Assembly: GCA_963729625.1 (NCBI GenBank) | Contig: CAVSOU010000010.1 | Location: 928,001-992,000 of the forward strand | From: an uncultured bacterium | Lineage (GTDB): Bacteria; Chloroflexota; UBA5177; JANWHV01 | Reading direction: 5' to 3' | Length of the DNA: 64,000 bases | Shown: positions 9,916-20,421 of the stretch, piece by piece | Layout of the letters: every line of letters starts with the position of its first letter | Numbering within the stretch: the stretch's first letter is position 1 | The notes under the pieces: generated by a model | The model's database searches: none | Seen by the model: only the letters and a program-made list of their open reading frames with translations | What the model was told of the DNA's origin: nothing | Position numbers and translations under genes: made by a program

Positions 9916-10968
9916 ATGCGCAGTGTGATCACTGTGGCGACGACACGCCGATTGCGTGCGCTGAGCGCAATCCTGTTATGCTCCACGCTTCCATTGGCCG
10001 GTTGCGCCGGGCAGGCACACTCGACATCACCCACGCCGGTGCCGGCCGCCGCGGTTTTGATGGAGACGAATCTGGGAAGTGGGCTTGCCAACGCGTCGCT
10101 CATCGTAGAGCCCGACGACAAACGCACTGAGGTGACGCGTGCGCTGCGGGCAGCTTCGAAAAGCGTCGATTTGACCATGTATCTTCTGACGGATCGCACA
10201 CTCATACACGCTCTGGAATATGCTCATGGCAATGGAGTGCAGGTCAGGGTGATTCTTGAGCGATACCCGTACGGCTTCGGGGTATCAGGCAGAAGTGCGA
10301 ATCAGAACGCCTACGACCAGCTGACGGCTGCAAACATTCAGGTCCATTGGTCTCCTTCGCGCTTCGCCCTTACTCACGAGAAGGCCATGATCGTGGACGG
10401 CAAGAGTGCCCTGATTCTCACGCTGAACTTCACGGCGTCCGCGTTCACCACGAACCGCGAGTTTGGCGTGATCGACCAGGATCCGACCGACGTGCGGGCC
10501 GCGGACGCAATCTTCAGTGCGGACTGGAATGACCGATCGCATTCACCTTCCGACCCGCACCTCGTGGTGAGCCCCAGCAACAGCCGCGCGAGTCTTGATG
10601 CATTGGTCCGGCGCGCGAAGCGGAGCGTCGAAGTCTACGCCGAAGAGGTGCAGGACACGGCCATCGAGGCAGCACTGGCGGCAGCCCAAAAACGCGGCGC
10701 CGCCGTGCGTCTGATCAGCAACGCGAACGATGCCAGTAACACGAAGGGGCTGAACAGGCTACGGAACGCCGGCGTGAGGATCCATCTGGTGACGAGTCCA
10801 TACATACACGCGAAGGTCATCATCGTAGATCGGTCGCTGGCCTTCGTCGGTTCCGAGAACATCTCTTCGGCGTCGTTGGACGAGAATCGCGAGCTAGGTG
10901 TCATCCTCTCCGACAAACGAGCCATCAGTCGGCTGGAAGTCACCTTTGACCACGACTGGTCGCGCTAA
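9916..10968 (+). CDS. Phospholipase D superfamily lipoprotein (two HKD motifs)
   Basis: Lipobox LAGC; HEKAMIVD and HAKVIIVD...GSEN; start codon uncertain. Confidence 0.88.
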   Translation: MRSVITVATTRRLRALSAILLCSTLPLAGCAGQAHSTSPTPVPAAAVLMETNLGSGLANASLIVEPDDKRTEVTRALRAASKSVDLTMYLLTDRTLIHALEYAHGNGVQVRVILERYPYGFGVSGRSANQNAYDQLTAANIQVHWSPSRFALTHEKAMIVDGKSALILTLNFTASAFTTNREFGVIDQDPTDVRAADAIFSADWNDRSHSPSDPHLVVSPSNSRASLDALVRRAKRSVEVYAEEVQDTAIEAALAAAQKRGAAVRLISNANDASNTKGLNRLRNAGVRIHLVTSPYIHAKVIIVDRSLAFVGSENISSASLDENRELGVILSDKRAISRLEVTFDHDWSR

Positions 10969-11050
10969 CACCGCACGCCGTCGCCTCACTCCGTGCCGCG
11001 CAGCCTCACACGACCGTGCAACTATGGAAATGTCTCGCCCGCGACCGTGT

Positions 11051-11683
11051 TTACGCCGCCAGCACCTCGCTCACCATGCGCACGGCGCTCGAGGCATCGG
11101 TGGCGTATCCGTCCGCGCCAATCTCGTGCGCGTAGGCACTGGTGATCGGCGCTCCGCCCACGATAATGCGCGCCTTGTCTCGTAGCCCTGCCGCCTTGAT
11201 CGCCTCGATGATCACCTTCATGTTTGTCATTGTTGTCGTCAGAAGCGCGGACATCGCTACGACATTGGCACCCTCACGGATAGCCTCGACGAACTTCTCA
11301 GCCGGGACGTCTACGCCCAGGTCCATGATCTCGTAGCCCGAGCCTTCCAGCATCATCGCCACAAGGTTCTTCCCGATGTCGTGCAGGTCACCCTTCACGG
11401 TGCCAATCGCCACTTTGCCGCTCGAGGCGACACCCTGGCTCACCAGCTGAGGCTTGAGCACCGCGAGGGCCGAGCTCATTGCTCGCGCCGCCACCAGCAT
11501 TTCAGGCACGAATACTTCGCCCTCTTCGTACAGCTGGCCTACCTGCTTCATAGCCGCGATAAGCCCTTCTTGAAGCAGCGTGCCCGCCGGTATGCCCTCG
11601 GCCAAACCTTGCGTGACTCTTGCCACCGCAACCTTTGCCTGGCCCTCTGCCACGGCCTCGCGAAGCTCGTCTACCAGTGCCAT
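11051..11683 (-). CDS. Corrinoid (cobalamin-binding) protein, MtaC/MtbC-like
   Basis: Cap domain (VFVPEMLVAARAM) plus GDLHDIGKNLV (DxHxxG), SALLTTT, IVGGAP. Confidence 0.95.
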   Translation of the reverse strand: MALVDELREAVAEGQAKVAVARVTQGLAEGIPAGTLLQEGLIAAMKQVGQLYEEGEVFVPEMLVAARAMSSALAVLKPQLVSQGVASSGKVAIGTVKGDLHDIGKNLVAMMLEGSGYEIMDLGVDVPAEKFVEAIREGANVVAMSALLTTTMTNMKVIIEAIKAAGLRDKARIIVGGAPITSAYAHEIGADGYATDASSAVRMVSEVLAA

Positions 11684-11728
11684 AGAAGCCTTCCTCCCGT
11701 TTTGTTGTGTCTCTTCACGCCCAAACCA

Positions 11729-13001
11729 TCATAGTGGATTGCTGCGATACTCGTTGACCGCCTCGTAGAGGGCCAGCAGATTCTCGATGGGAATGCCGGC
11801 CTGAACATTATGGATCGTGGTGAAAACGAATCCGCCGCCGGCGCCGAAGACCTTCAGCCGATCCTTCACCATCTCTCGCACCTCCGCCGGCGAGCCGAAT
11901 GGAAGCACCCTCTGGGTGTCGATGCCGCCGCCCCAAAAGGTGATGCGCTCCCCATACTTGGCCTTCAGCGCGACCGGATCCATGTCGGCCGCGGAAGTCT
12001 GCACGGGATTCAGGCAGTCGAATCCGGCATCCACGATATCATCGAGCAGGCGCCAGATTCGATCCGCACGAATGGATAAAGCACTTCCATTGCGTATGGG
12101 AGTGAATCCACTCGTTCACCTTGACATGAAACGGCTTGAACAGGCTGCGGTAGGCCTTTGGCGAGATGAAGGGGCTGTTCTGCGCGCCAAAGTCTGTGCC
12201 GGTCACGAACGCACCGACCACCCGGTCACCAACAACTTGATGAATCTTCTCCAGGTTTCGCAGTCCGATGTCGCACTGCCGCTCGAAAACCTCGTACACG
12301 TAGTCTCGGCGCAAGCTCGTGCTCACGTACCACTCGTCGACGGCCCGGATGCCCTTTGGGTGCTTCAGGTTCATGCCCGGCACCAGGGCAATGTCGCCGA
12401 AAGCCGTACCCCCGAAGTTGGCTAGAATCGCCTTCCCGGTGGGCCACAGGCGATCGACTTCCTGCTTGAGATAGGCCAGGTCGGCATCGCTGATTGGCGC
12501 GAACTCCTCGAGGTTGTCCTCGACGTTCAGCCGGTCGTCGTCGATAGGGTCCTGCCTGGTTATCGCGTCGAAGTAGAAGCCGCCCCTGGGCATGCGGGCG
12601 CACGCCGCGACCGACATATCACCGGCGGGATAGGCCAGAATATCACCATTTGGCTCCGGAACTGTGTTGAACCCCTCGGGAACCAGCACCGGAGTGCCAC
12701 CGAATGTCGTCCAGGGCTTCCAACCTTCATTGCGAAAGCCAAGCATCGTCCCCGGCATCCCCAGCCCCACGATGTCGACGCCAAGCACGTCCATCAGGTC
12801 CGGAGCGATCTCGCCGAGCAGCTGGAACGGCTCGACTACCTTCACGGGCGTGCCAGGAGGATCCAGGTGCAGCGCCTGCCGCAGCCTGTACACCGAGTCT
12901 ACATGCATTCCTGTCACCGGGCTGCCGCCAAGATCGAGCGGCACCTTGTCTGGCTCCTGGTGCTGCACGGCACACTCGACACGAGCACGAGACGTCAACA
13001 T
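11729..13001 (-). CDS. UroD/MtaA-family (methyltransferase-like) protein 1, with +1 frameshift near 12058
   Basis: SRARVECAVQHQEPDKVPLDLGG, GTDFGAQ, FIHSCGS|IWRLLDDIVDAGFDCLNPVQ, TFWGGGIDTQ, IHNVQ; removing one A joins ORFs 12039-13115 and 11729-12034. Confidence 0.88.
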
Positions 13002-13197
13002 CGTTCGGTCCTCCTTCGGCCCGCTGAAGTCAGCCGACCCTCTCAATATCTCTCCGGCGGCATGGATAGCACAAGTCCAACCATCACCGCGAGAGCGCAG
13101 TTGAACATCCGGCACTCGCAGTCCAACACAACCTCGTTACGCAGCGTCGCAGCACAAGCAAAAGTGATCTGATCACCGGAAGATATGAGCCATGGTG

Positions 13198-13226
13198 AGC
13201 ATAGGCTAGAGCTTGCACGCTGTCAA
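13198..13226 (-). promoter_or_regulatory. Sigma70-type promoter of the UroD-corrinoid operon
   Basis: TTGACA-N17-TATGCT on the minus strand. Confidence 0.75.
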
Positions 13227-13257
13227 GAGCCAGAACGACCCATGGAGTGTGGATGTA

Positions 13258-13286
13258 TTGACAGCGCGCCGATCCTGCACTATGCT
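13258..13286 (+). promoter_or_regulatory. Sigma70-type promoter of the FadR-ABC-dehydratase operon
   Basis: TTGACA-N17-TATGCT. Confidence 0.75.
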
Positions 13287-13359
13287 CACACTGGCCTGAA
13301 ACAGTTGATGATCAGATCTCCTTAACAGTCATCTGATCACCGGTGTCCATCGCCAATAC

Positions 13360-14283
13360 TTGGACTGCATGGCGGTCGAGTTCACCTTCCATTACGGGGA
13401 ACGGTGCCCAAAGGTGCAGAAGCAAGCGCAACGGCGACAAGTCTATTCGGCAGTGATGGACCAGATCCGCGATGATATCGCCGTGGGACGGCTGCAGGCC
13501 GGCGATCGGCTGGAAACTGTCAGCAACTTGGCCAAGCGCCTGGGCGTCGGCCAGTCATCGGTGCGTGAGGCTGTCCGTGTCCTCAGCTACATGGGCTTGC
13601 TGCGCGTAAAGCATGGCGGTGGCATCTTCGTCACCGAGCGCCTTAGCAGTGGCGGCACGCCCGATCCTATCGATTCGATGGCTGATGTCGAGCGCATCTC
13701 ATTGTGGCACCTGATGGAGCTGCGCTTGGTCGTCGAGCCGGCTGCCGCGAGGTGGGCCGCGGAGCGCGCGACGGCTGCTGAACGCGCGGAGATCGTGCGC
13801 CGGTGCGCGGAAGTGCAGGACGAACTGCGCCGCAATATTGAGTTCCTTGAGAACAGCGAGTTCCAGGAAGACGACGTGGAGTTCCACCTGGCTATCGTGC
13901 GCGCCGCCCACAATCCCCTCCTGCTCGATACTCTTGAGCGCGTACACGCTCAGCTTCGGGTTGGACGCTACATCACGTCGCATGTACCCCAGCTGGTGGA
14001 CAGCGCCCTGCGATTCCACCCGCAGATCGCGCAGGCCATACTTGCACACGATGCGAGCCGGGCCGAGACTTACGCTCGTTCGCATGTTGAAGATGTCGTG
14101 TGGTGGCTGGAACAGCATGCGGCCGACCGCCTCGCCCTGGGCGACGAAGGGCGCGCAGGGCCTGCACTTGAGATCCCCGCCATAGTGACCGGAGAGCCGG
14201 CGAACGCGCCTGGATCCGGCGCACTATTGTCGGGTCGTGCTAGGTACGCGAGGAGCGACGCGTCGCCGGGAGGTCTAGCTTGA
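13360..14283 (+). CDS. FadR/GntR family transcriptional regulator
   Basis: wHTH LAKRLGVGQSSVREAVRVL; FCD domain ELRLVVEPAAARWAA, DVEFHLAIVRAAHN; true start may be 13369 or 13414. Confidence 0.92.
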   Translation: MDCMAVEFTFHYGERCPKVQKQAQRRQVYSAVMDQIRDDIAVGRLQAGDRLETVSNLAKRLGVGQSSVREAVRVLSYMGLLRVKHGGGIFVTERLSSGGTPDPIDSMADVERISLWHLMELRLVVEPAAARWAAERATAAERAEIVRRCAEVQDELRRNIEFLENSEFQEDDVEFHLAIVRAAHNPLLLDTLERVHAQLRVGRYITSHVPQLVDSALRFHPQIAQAILAHDASRAETYARSHVEDVVWWLEQHAADRLALGDEGRAGPALEIPAIVTGEPANAPGSGALLSGRARYARSDASPGGLA

Positions 14284-15845
14284 CTTCGGCTGCCAGCGCG
14301 GCTCCGCCCTTGGGTCGCACGCTTTTGCGCGCAAATGCCGTCACCAAAATCTATCCGGGCGTGCTCGCGCTGGATCAAGTCAGCCTGGACGTCTGTGCCG
14401 GCGAAGTACATGCCATAGTGGGGGAGAATGGCGCGGGCAAGACCACCTTGATGGCCATTCTGGCGGGCACTCAGCTTCCCGATGGTGGTCAGCTGTACAT
14501 GGACGGTACCCTCGTGCAGATCCCCGACAGGAAGACAGCAGAGCACCTTGGCATCAGCATCGTGTTCCAGGAGCTCAGTCTCGTCTCGAACCTGTCGGTT
14601 GCCGACAACGTGTTCGCTGCTCGCCAGCCCGTGGGCCTCCTCAACCTGGTGCGCCAACGCGAGCTGTACGCTCGCACCCAGGCGGTGCTGGACCGGTTCA
14701 ATCTCGGTCTCAACGCTCGCACGTTGGTGGGAATGCTGCCCACGGCCAGCCGCCAGGTGGTAGAAATCGCCAAGGCGCTGTCGCTTGACGCGCGAGTGCT
14801 CATCCTCGATGAGCCCACCTCGTCGCTAAACCAGCACGAAGCGCAGCGGCTTTTCGCGGTGATTCGCCGGCTGCGTGATGAAGGTATGGGCATTTTCTAC
14901 ATCTCACACCACCTTGACGAAGTGTTCGCTATTGCCGATCGCATCTCGGTCCTCCGCGACGGCAAGCATGTCGGCACGCGAGTAACGGCGGAGACGAACG
15001 AAGCGGAAATCGTGCGGCTCATGGTTGGCCGCGAGGTACAAACTCTCTATGGTCGAGCAGAAGCACTCGACCGCGGTACCGCTTCTCCCGCGCCGTTGCT
15101 CTCCGCGCACGCCCTCCGTTTTGGCGCGATGCTCAGGGACGTGTCTTTGAGCATCAGCCCAGGCGAGATAGTCGGCGTGGCCGGACTCGTGGGAGCCGGT
15201 AGGACGGAGCTTGGCCGTGCGCTCTTCGGGCTGCTGCCGCTGGAAGGAGGCAGCATGACGATCGACGGTAAGTCGGTCGAATTGCGATCGCCTGCCGATG
15301 CCATCCGGCACGGTCTCGCCTACATCCCGCAAGAGCGCAAAGAAGAAGGACTGTTCCTGATCATGCATCTGGCCGACAACATCGCGGCGCCAAACCTGCG
15401 ATCGCTCAGCCGGTACGGCATGATGCAGGCGGACGCCGTGCGCCGCCTGGCGGCCGAGTATACGAAGACGCTGAACATTCGCACGCCAAGTCTTTTCTCC
15501 AGAGTGAGCAACCTCAGTGGCGGGAACCAGCAGAAGGCGCTGGTCTCCATGTGGCTCGCACAGAAGCCGCGGTTGCTGATCGTGGACGAGCCCACCCGAG
15601 GTATCGACATTGGAGCGAAGGCAGAGATTCACCGACTTCTGCGGGAACTCGCCAGGGAAGGCATGGCAATCCTGATGATCTCCTCTGAGCTTCCGGAGAT
15701 TCTGTCACTCAGCCACCGGATCTTGGTCATGGCAAAGGGCCGTATCACGGGTCATTTCACAAGCGAAGAAGCGCAAGAGGAGTCGATCATGGCGTGCGCC
15801 TCGGGCCTTGCTTTGCATCTGCCGGCACAGCCGGACTCACTGTAA
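14280..15845 (+). CDS. Sugar ABC transporter ATP-binding protein (RbsA/MglA type)
   Basis: GENGAGKTT, LILDEPT, LSGGNQQK, DEPTRGIDIGAK; two ABC domains. Confidence 0.95.
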   Translation: MTSAASAAPPLGRTLLRANAVTKIYPGVLALDQVSLDVCAGEVHAIVGENGAGKTTLMAILAGTQLPDGGQLYMDGTLVQIPDRKTAEHLGISIVFQELSLVSNLSVADNVFAARQPVGLLNLVRQRELYARTQAVLDRFNLGLNARTLVGMLPTASRQVVEIAKALSLDARVLILDEPTSSLNQHEAQRLFAVIRRLRDEGMGIFYISHHLDEVFAIADRISVLRDGKHVGTRVTAETNEAEIVRLMVGREVQTLYGRAEALDRGTASPAPLLSAHALRFGAMLRDVSLSISPGEIVGVAGLVGAGRTELGRALFGLLPLEGGSMTIDGKSVELRSPADAIRHGLAYIPQERKEEGLFLIMHLADNIAAPNLRSLSRYGMMQADAVRRLAAEYTKTLNIRTPSLFSRVSNLSGGNQQKALVSMWLAQKPRLLIVDEPTRGIDIGAKAEIHRLLRELAREGMAILMISSELPEILSLSHRILVMAKGRITGHFTSEEAQEESIMACASGLALHLPAQPDSL

Positions 15846-15859
15846 AGGAGCATCGCGTC

Positions 15860-16942
15860 ATGATCAAGGAACCGCCTGTCGAGGCCGAACTGGCGGGCCA
15901 GGGCGCCGAAAGCGTGCCCGTAGCCGCGCTCAACCCAGTGATGCGCGCGCTTGGGGTCGTCGGGCAGGTCCGTGAGCTTGCATTGGTCATCATGTTGGTG
16001 CTCGGCAGCCTCATCGTCAACATCTACCTCCCGGGCTTCCTTGGCTGGACGAATTTCAAGGTCATACTCCTCGGCATGAGCTTCGATGCCGTGGTGGCCG
16101 TGGGCATGACTATTCTCCTCGTAAGCGGCGGATTCGATCTCTCGGTCGGGGCCACCATGGCTCTGGGCGGGAGCGTCACGGGCCTGGCGATTGGTAACGG
16201 CACGCCAATCGTGCTTGCCATGGCCGAAGGGCTTCTGGTGGGTGGGATCGTCGGACTCGCAAACGGCCTGATCATCGCCCGGCTGGGTGTCAACCCGCTG
16301 ATCACGACGCTGGGCACGATGAGCATCGTGAACGGCGCGGTCCTGCTGATCACGGCGGAGCAGGGCGTGAGCAACCTGCCCGACTCGTTCACCGGCCCGG
16401 TTGGCCAGGACACGCCGCTCGGCATCCAGGTGCCGATCCTGGTCATGGCGGTGTTCGTCGTCGTCGGCGATATCTTGCTGCGGCGATCGCGGTTCTTGCG
16501 CCAGAACTACTACATCGGCGCCAACATCAAGTCCGCCCGGCTCTCCGGCATCACGGTCACGCGCATCCAGATTTTCAACTACACGCTCATGGGCGTGCTG
16601 TCCGCCGTGGCAGGCATACTCACCGCCGCGCGCCAGTCCGGCATCTCGACCAGTACCGGTGGTCCGGACGCTCTCCAGGTCATCGCAGCGTGCGTGATCG
16701 GTGGCGCCAGCCTGAGCGGCGGTGAAGGCACGATACTGGGAGCATTTCTCGGACTCTTCCTTCTCAACGCAATCCTCAACGTTATCTCCGGCGCCGGCAT
16801 CAATCCTGACTGGGGTCCGGTCATCACGGGCGCGGTGCTCGTGATCGCCGTGTCGCTGGACCAGCTTGGTCGGGTGATTCGCCTGCAAGGCGGCTGGCGA
16901 AGCGCCACGCGCTACTTGCTGCGCATGGCACGGCGCGGCTAG
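15860..16942 (+). CDS. Sugar ABC transporter permease (RbsC type)
   Basis: GGFDLSVG, IGANIKSARLSGI, VIAACVIGGASLSGGEG. Confidence 0.95.
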   Translation: MIKEPPVEAELAGQGAESVPVAALNPVMRALGVVGQVRELALVIMLVLGSLIVNIYLPGFLGWTNFKVILLGMSFDAVVAVGMTILLVSGGFDLSVGATMALGGSVTGLAIGNGTPIVLAMAEGLLVGGIVGLANGLIIARLGVNPLITTLGTMSIVNGAVLLITAEQGVSNLPDSFTGPVGQDTPLGIQVPILVMAVFVVVGDILLRRSRFLRQNYYIGANIKSARLSGITVTRIQIFNYTLMGVLSAVAGILTAARQSGISTSTGGPDALQVIAACVIGGASLSGGEGTILGAFLGLFLLNAILNVISGAGINPDWGPVITGAVLVIAVSLDQLGRVIRLQGGWRSATRYLLRMARRG

Positions 16943-17089
16943 GCGCGGCACGAGGAGGAGAGGAGGACGAGAGTAGATCGATTCGCAGGTCGGGGCAATA
17001 CTGGTGGTCTCATTTGGGCAGCAGGTACATGGCTCTAGTCCGCATGCCACACTGATCGTGGTCCATGCGCAAGCAGAAAAGGACATACC

Positions 17090-18139
17090 GTGAACGATTT
17101 TGAGGATCAGTTGCCCGAGGCAGCACACGATTTTAGTCGCCGCGATATTCTTACAGCCGGCCTCGGCCTCGGAGCCGCGGCAGGCATTGCAACCCTGTTT
17201 CCCGGCTTCGCCGGCGTCGCCTCGGCAGCATCGCGAGCACAGGTGCCCGTGAGCGCTCAGGTGTACGTCGAAGTATCCGCACTGTCATCGCTTTCGTATT
17301 TCATCGACCATCGCCTTGGCATGACGTTAATTGGGAAAGATCTGGGCGTCAAGACGCAGTATGTGGGACCGTCGAACCTGGATCTCACGGCCATGTTGAA
17401 TATCATCGACCAGAAGATTGCTCAGAAAGTGTCCGGCATGCTGGTCGTCGGTTTTGATCCAATCCTCAAGAGTGGCATCGACAAAGCGATCGCGGCCGGC
17501 ATCCCGGTCGTCACGCTCGACGCCGATGTGCCCACGAGCAACCGGCAAGTATTCCTGGGCACGGGCAATGTCAATGTCGGCATCCTGGGCGGCAACCTTA
17601 TGGCGACCGCTATCGGCAAGAAGGGCAAAGTCGCCATTATCAGCAGGATCGGCCAGAGCAATCTTGACGAGCGCGTGCAGGGGTATAAGACTGCCCTCGC
17701 GGCCTATCCCGGTATTACGGTCGTTCAAGTCGCCAACGACGACAGCGACTCGACAAAGGCAGCGTCCGTCGTAGGCTCTATCCTGCGCACGCACTCCGAT
17801 CTTGCCGGCGTAGCCTGCGTTGAAGCGGCTGGCGGCGTGGGATCGGCTACCGCGGTGAAGGAAGCAGGGAAAGTCGGTAAGGTCCAGATCATCTCCATGG
17901 ATCGGGACGATCAGACCCTCAACTTCATTGAGCAGGGTGTGATCCTCGCATCCACTGCCCAAAAGACGGCTCTCATGAGCTACCTGGGTACACTGATGCT
18001 CTACTATTATGTCAACCATCCGGTGCCGATCGTCGCAGACAACATTGCCGCCGCCGTGACGCCGCTCCCGGCGACCGTAGACACAGGTGCGCTGGTCATC
18101 AACAAGGCAAACGCTCACTTCTTCTTCCACAAGAAATAG
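17090..18139 (+). CDS. Sugar ABC transporter substrate-binding protein with Tat signal
   Basis: SRRDIL twin-arginine motif; AGIPVVTLDAD, NLDERVQGY: RbsB-like fold. Confidence 0.92.
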   Translation: MNDFEDQLPEAAHDFSRRDILTAGLGLGAAAGIATLFPGFAGVASAASRAQVPVSAQVYVEVSALSSLSYFIDHRLGMTLIGKDLGVKTQYVGPSNLDLTAMLNIIDQKIAQKVSGMLVVGFDPILKSGIDKAIAAGIPVVTLDADVPTSNRQVFLGTGNVNVGILGGNLMATAIGKKGKVAIISRIGQSNLDERVQGYKTALAAYPGITVVQVANDDSDSTKAASVVGSILRTHSDLAGVACVEAAGGVGSATAVKEAGKVGKVQIISMDRDDQTLNFIEQGVILASTAQKTALMSYLGTLMLYYYVNHPVPIVADNIAAAVTPLPATVDTGALVINKANAHFFFHKK

Positions 18140-18212
18140 AGCAGTACCGGGCATCCGCCGCACGCGACTCGGGGCGGTCGCGTGCGGCGGCACCTGCCAG
18201 AGGAATCCCAGC

Positions 18213-19376
18213 ATGAAGATCACCTCCGTCAACACGGTCGTCGTCAACGCAAAGATGCGTAACTGGATCTTCGTCAAGGTCGCTACGGATGAGGGGCTGA
18301 TCGGTTGGGGTGAAGCCAGCCTCGAGTGGAAGACTCGAGCAGTGAGCGGTGCGGTTGCCGACCTTGCGCCGCTGATCGTTGGCCAGGATCCGACACGGAT
18401 CGAACACCTGTTTCAGATCATGTACCGCCATCCCTTCTTTCGCGCCGGCGTCGAAGGAATGAGCGCGATCTCCGGCATAGAACAGGCCTGCTGGGACATA
18501 GCCGGGAAAGCTGCCGGCAAGCCTGTGTATCAGTTGCTTGGTGGCGCCGTGCGCGATCGCGTCCGCATGTACGACCATCTTGGCGGCGGCGAGATGACGG
18601 CGCTCTATCTCCGCGATACCGCGGAAAGCATGGCAGAACGCGCCCGCGAGAGCGTTGCTTCGGGATACACGGCGATCAAGGTGCTCGTGGTGCCAAGAAC
18701 CCTACCGCTGGAAGGTAACGCACCAGTGCGGCATGCCGAGACCCTGATGCGGGCCATTCGCGAAGCCGTGGGCCCGGATATTGACATCATGGTCGATCTG
18801 CACGCGCGTACCACCCCTGCCATGGCTATCCAGTATGGCGAGGTGCTGCGCCCGTTCAAGCCGTTCTTCCTCGAAGAGCCCTGCCCTCCCGAAAACGTCG
18901 CAGGCATGGCGGAGATAGCGCGCGCGCTGCCGGGCATAGCCATTGCCACCGGCGAACGCTTGATCACTCGATGGGGCTTCCGCGAGGTGCTGGAGCGGAG
19001 CGCATGCGCGGTCATACAACCGGATCTCTGTCACTGCGGCGGCTTGTGGGAAGCTCGCAAGATCGCGGCGATGGCGGAGACCTACTACGTGAGCGTGGCG
19101 CCACACAACCCGTTGGGCCCGGTTGCCACCGCGGCCGCGATCCACTTTGCGCTGGCCACGCCGAATTGGCTGATTCAGGAGGCAATTCGTTCCGACGTAC
19201 CGTGGCGGGACGCGATAGTCGGCGAAGCCCTGCCGGTCGCGGATGGCTACATTCTTCCGCCAACGGCGCCGGGTTTGGGAGTCGACGTGGACGAGACCGA
19301 GGCCGCGAAGCATCCGTTTGAGCAGGAAGTGCTGATGCAGTGGTGGCACTCCGATGGCGCGGTGGCCGACTGGTAG
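18213..19376 (+). CDS. dgoD: Galactonate dehydratase-like enzyme (mandelate racemase/enolase superfamily)
   Basis: WIFVKVATDEGLIGWGE, MVDLHAR, FLEEP, ATGERL, QPDLCHCGG, APHNPLGP, C-terminal DGAVADW; exact substrate not certain. Confidence 0.8.
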   Translation: MKITSVNTVVVNAKMRNWIFVKVATDEGLIGWGEASLEWKTRAVSGAVADLAPLIVGQDPTRIEHLFQIMYRHPFFRAGVEGMSAISGIEQACWDIAGKAAGKPVYQLLGGAVRDRVRMYDHLGGGEMTALYLRDTAESMAERARESVASGYTAIKVLVVPRTLPLEGNAPVRHAETLMRAIREAVGPDIDIMVDLHARTTPAMAIQYGEVLRPFKPFFLEEPCPPENVAGMAEIARALPGIAIATGERLITRWGFREVLERSACAVIQPDLCHCGGLWEARKIAAMAETYYVSVAPHNPLGPVATAAAIHFALATPNWLIQEAIRSDVPWRDAIVGEALPVADGYILPPTAPGLGVDVDETEAAKHPFEQEVLMQWWHSDGAVADW

Positions 19377-19586
19377 CCGTCGCCGGCGGCTTCGCGGCGC
19401 TTTGGCGTCCTTCATGAGGCCGGAGAAAGAGCTGTGCCTGCGGCGCGCCAAACTTCTGAGCCGAGTGCTTCCAGGGTGTCATCGCTCAGTTCTGGGCGCC
19501 CGCGGGAATTCTCGCACAGGCCTTGACCCCGTGGCGCCCGGCTCGCTAGGATTGGCTATGGCAATAGGCAACCAGGGGAGGGGCGC

Positions 19587-20387
19587 GTGATGAGTCAGGG
19601 ACGAGTCGCAGGGAAGGGTGCCATCGTCACCGGGGGTGCATCCGGAATCGGATTGGCCACTGCTCGGCTGCTGGCGCATGAGGGGGCCGAGGTCATGATC
19701 GCCGACGTGAATGCCGCGGCCGGTGAGCTCGCGGTCGCGGAGATCGCGAAGTCTGGAGCACATGTTCTCTTTCAGGCTGCCGACGTGTCCGAGCCTGCAG
19801 CCGTTCAGGCACTGATCTCCCGCGCAGTGCGTGAGTTTGGACGCCTGGACATTGTCTTCAACAACGCCGCGATCATGCCATTGGGGTCCGTGCTGACGAC
19901 AACGCCGGCGGTGTGGGATCGCGTGATGGCAGTCAACCTTCGTAGCGTCTTCCTGGTTTCCCAGGCCGCGGCGCGCGCTATGCTCGACGGAGCGCTTCCA
20001 TTGGGCAACGTCGGCAGCATCGTCAACGCGGCGTCGCCGACGGGGTTGCTTGGGTATCCCAACCAGTTGGCGTATTGCGCCTCCAAGGGAGCGATCTCAG
20101 CCATGACCCGCACCATGGCCGTCGAGTTGGCGCCACGGATCCGCGTGAATAGCGTCGTGCCCGGCACCACCGACAGTGGTCTCTTGCATGCCTATATGGA
20201 GACAGTCGAAGACAAGGATCGCGTGTTGAGCGCGTTTGCATCGCAACACCTGCCGGGCCGCATTGGCAAACCCGAGGATGTCGCGTTCGCCGTACTGTAC
20301 CTCGCATCCGACGAGGCAGACTTTGTCACTGGATCGGCGCTCATGGTGGACGGTGGCGCCACCATCATGAAGGGCAATCCTCAATGA
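19587..20387 (+). CDS. Short-chain dehydrogenase/reductase
   Basis: TGGASGIG, NNAA, YCASK, VNSVVPG, VTGSALMVDGG. Confidence 0.95.
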   Translation: MMSQGRVAGKGAIVTGGASGIGLATARLLAHEGAEVMIADVNAAAGELAVAEIAKSGAHVLFQAADVSEPAAVQALISRAVREFGRLDIVFNNAAIMPLGSVLTTTPAVWDRVMAVNLRSVFLVSQAAARAMLDGALPLGNVGSIVNAASPTGLLGYPNQLAYCASKGAISAMTRTMAVELAPRIRVNSVVPGTTDSGLLHAYMETVEDKDRVLSAFASQHLPGRIGKPEDVAFAVLYLASDEADFVTGSALMVDGGATIMKGNPQ

Positions 20388-20421
20388 CGTCAGAAAGCCC
20401 GACGGGAGATTGGGTGCGCTG

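Larger units (their letters stand above)
13164..13340. promoter_or_regulatory. Three palindromic operators (GTGATCnGATCAC), likely for the adjacent FadR/GntR regulator
   Basis: GTGATCTGATCAC 13164-13176 (perfect), ATGATCAGATCTC 13308-13320, GTCATCTGATCAC 13328-13340; each lies just downstream of a predicted promoter. Confidence 0.7.

Noticed and set aside
9916-10968. PLD-family nuclease as an anti-phage effector
   Set aside because: It has a lipoprotein signal, two HKD motifs and no helicase or restriction partners, so an exported phospholipase/phosphodiesterase is more likely
13002-13190. Cobalamin riboswitch in the long leader of the UroD-corrinoid operon
   Set aside because: No B12-box or GGGAA / GCCACTG core motifs found by eye; an Rfam scan would settle it
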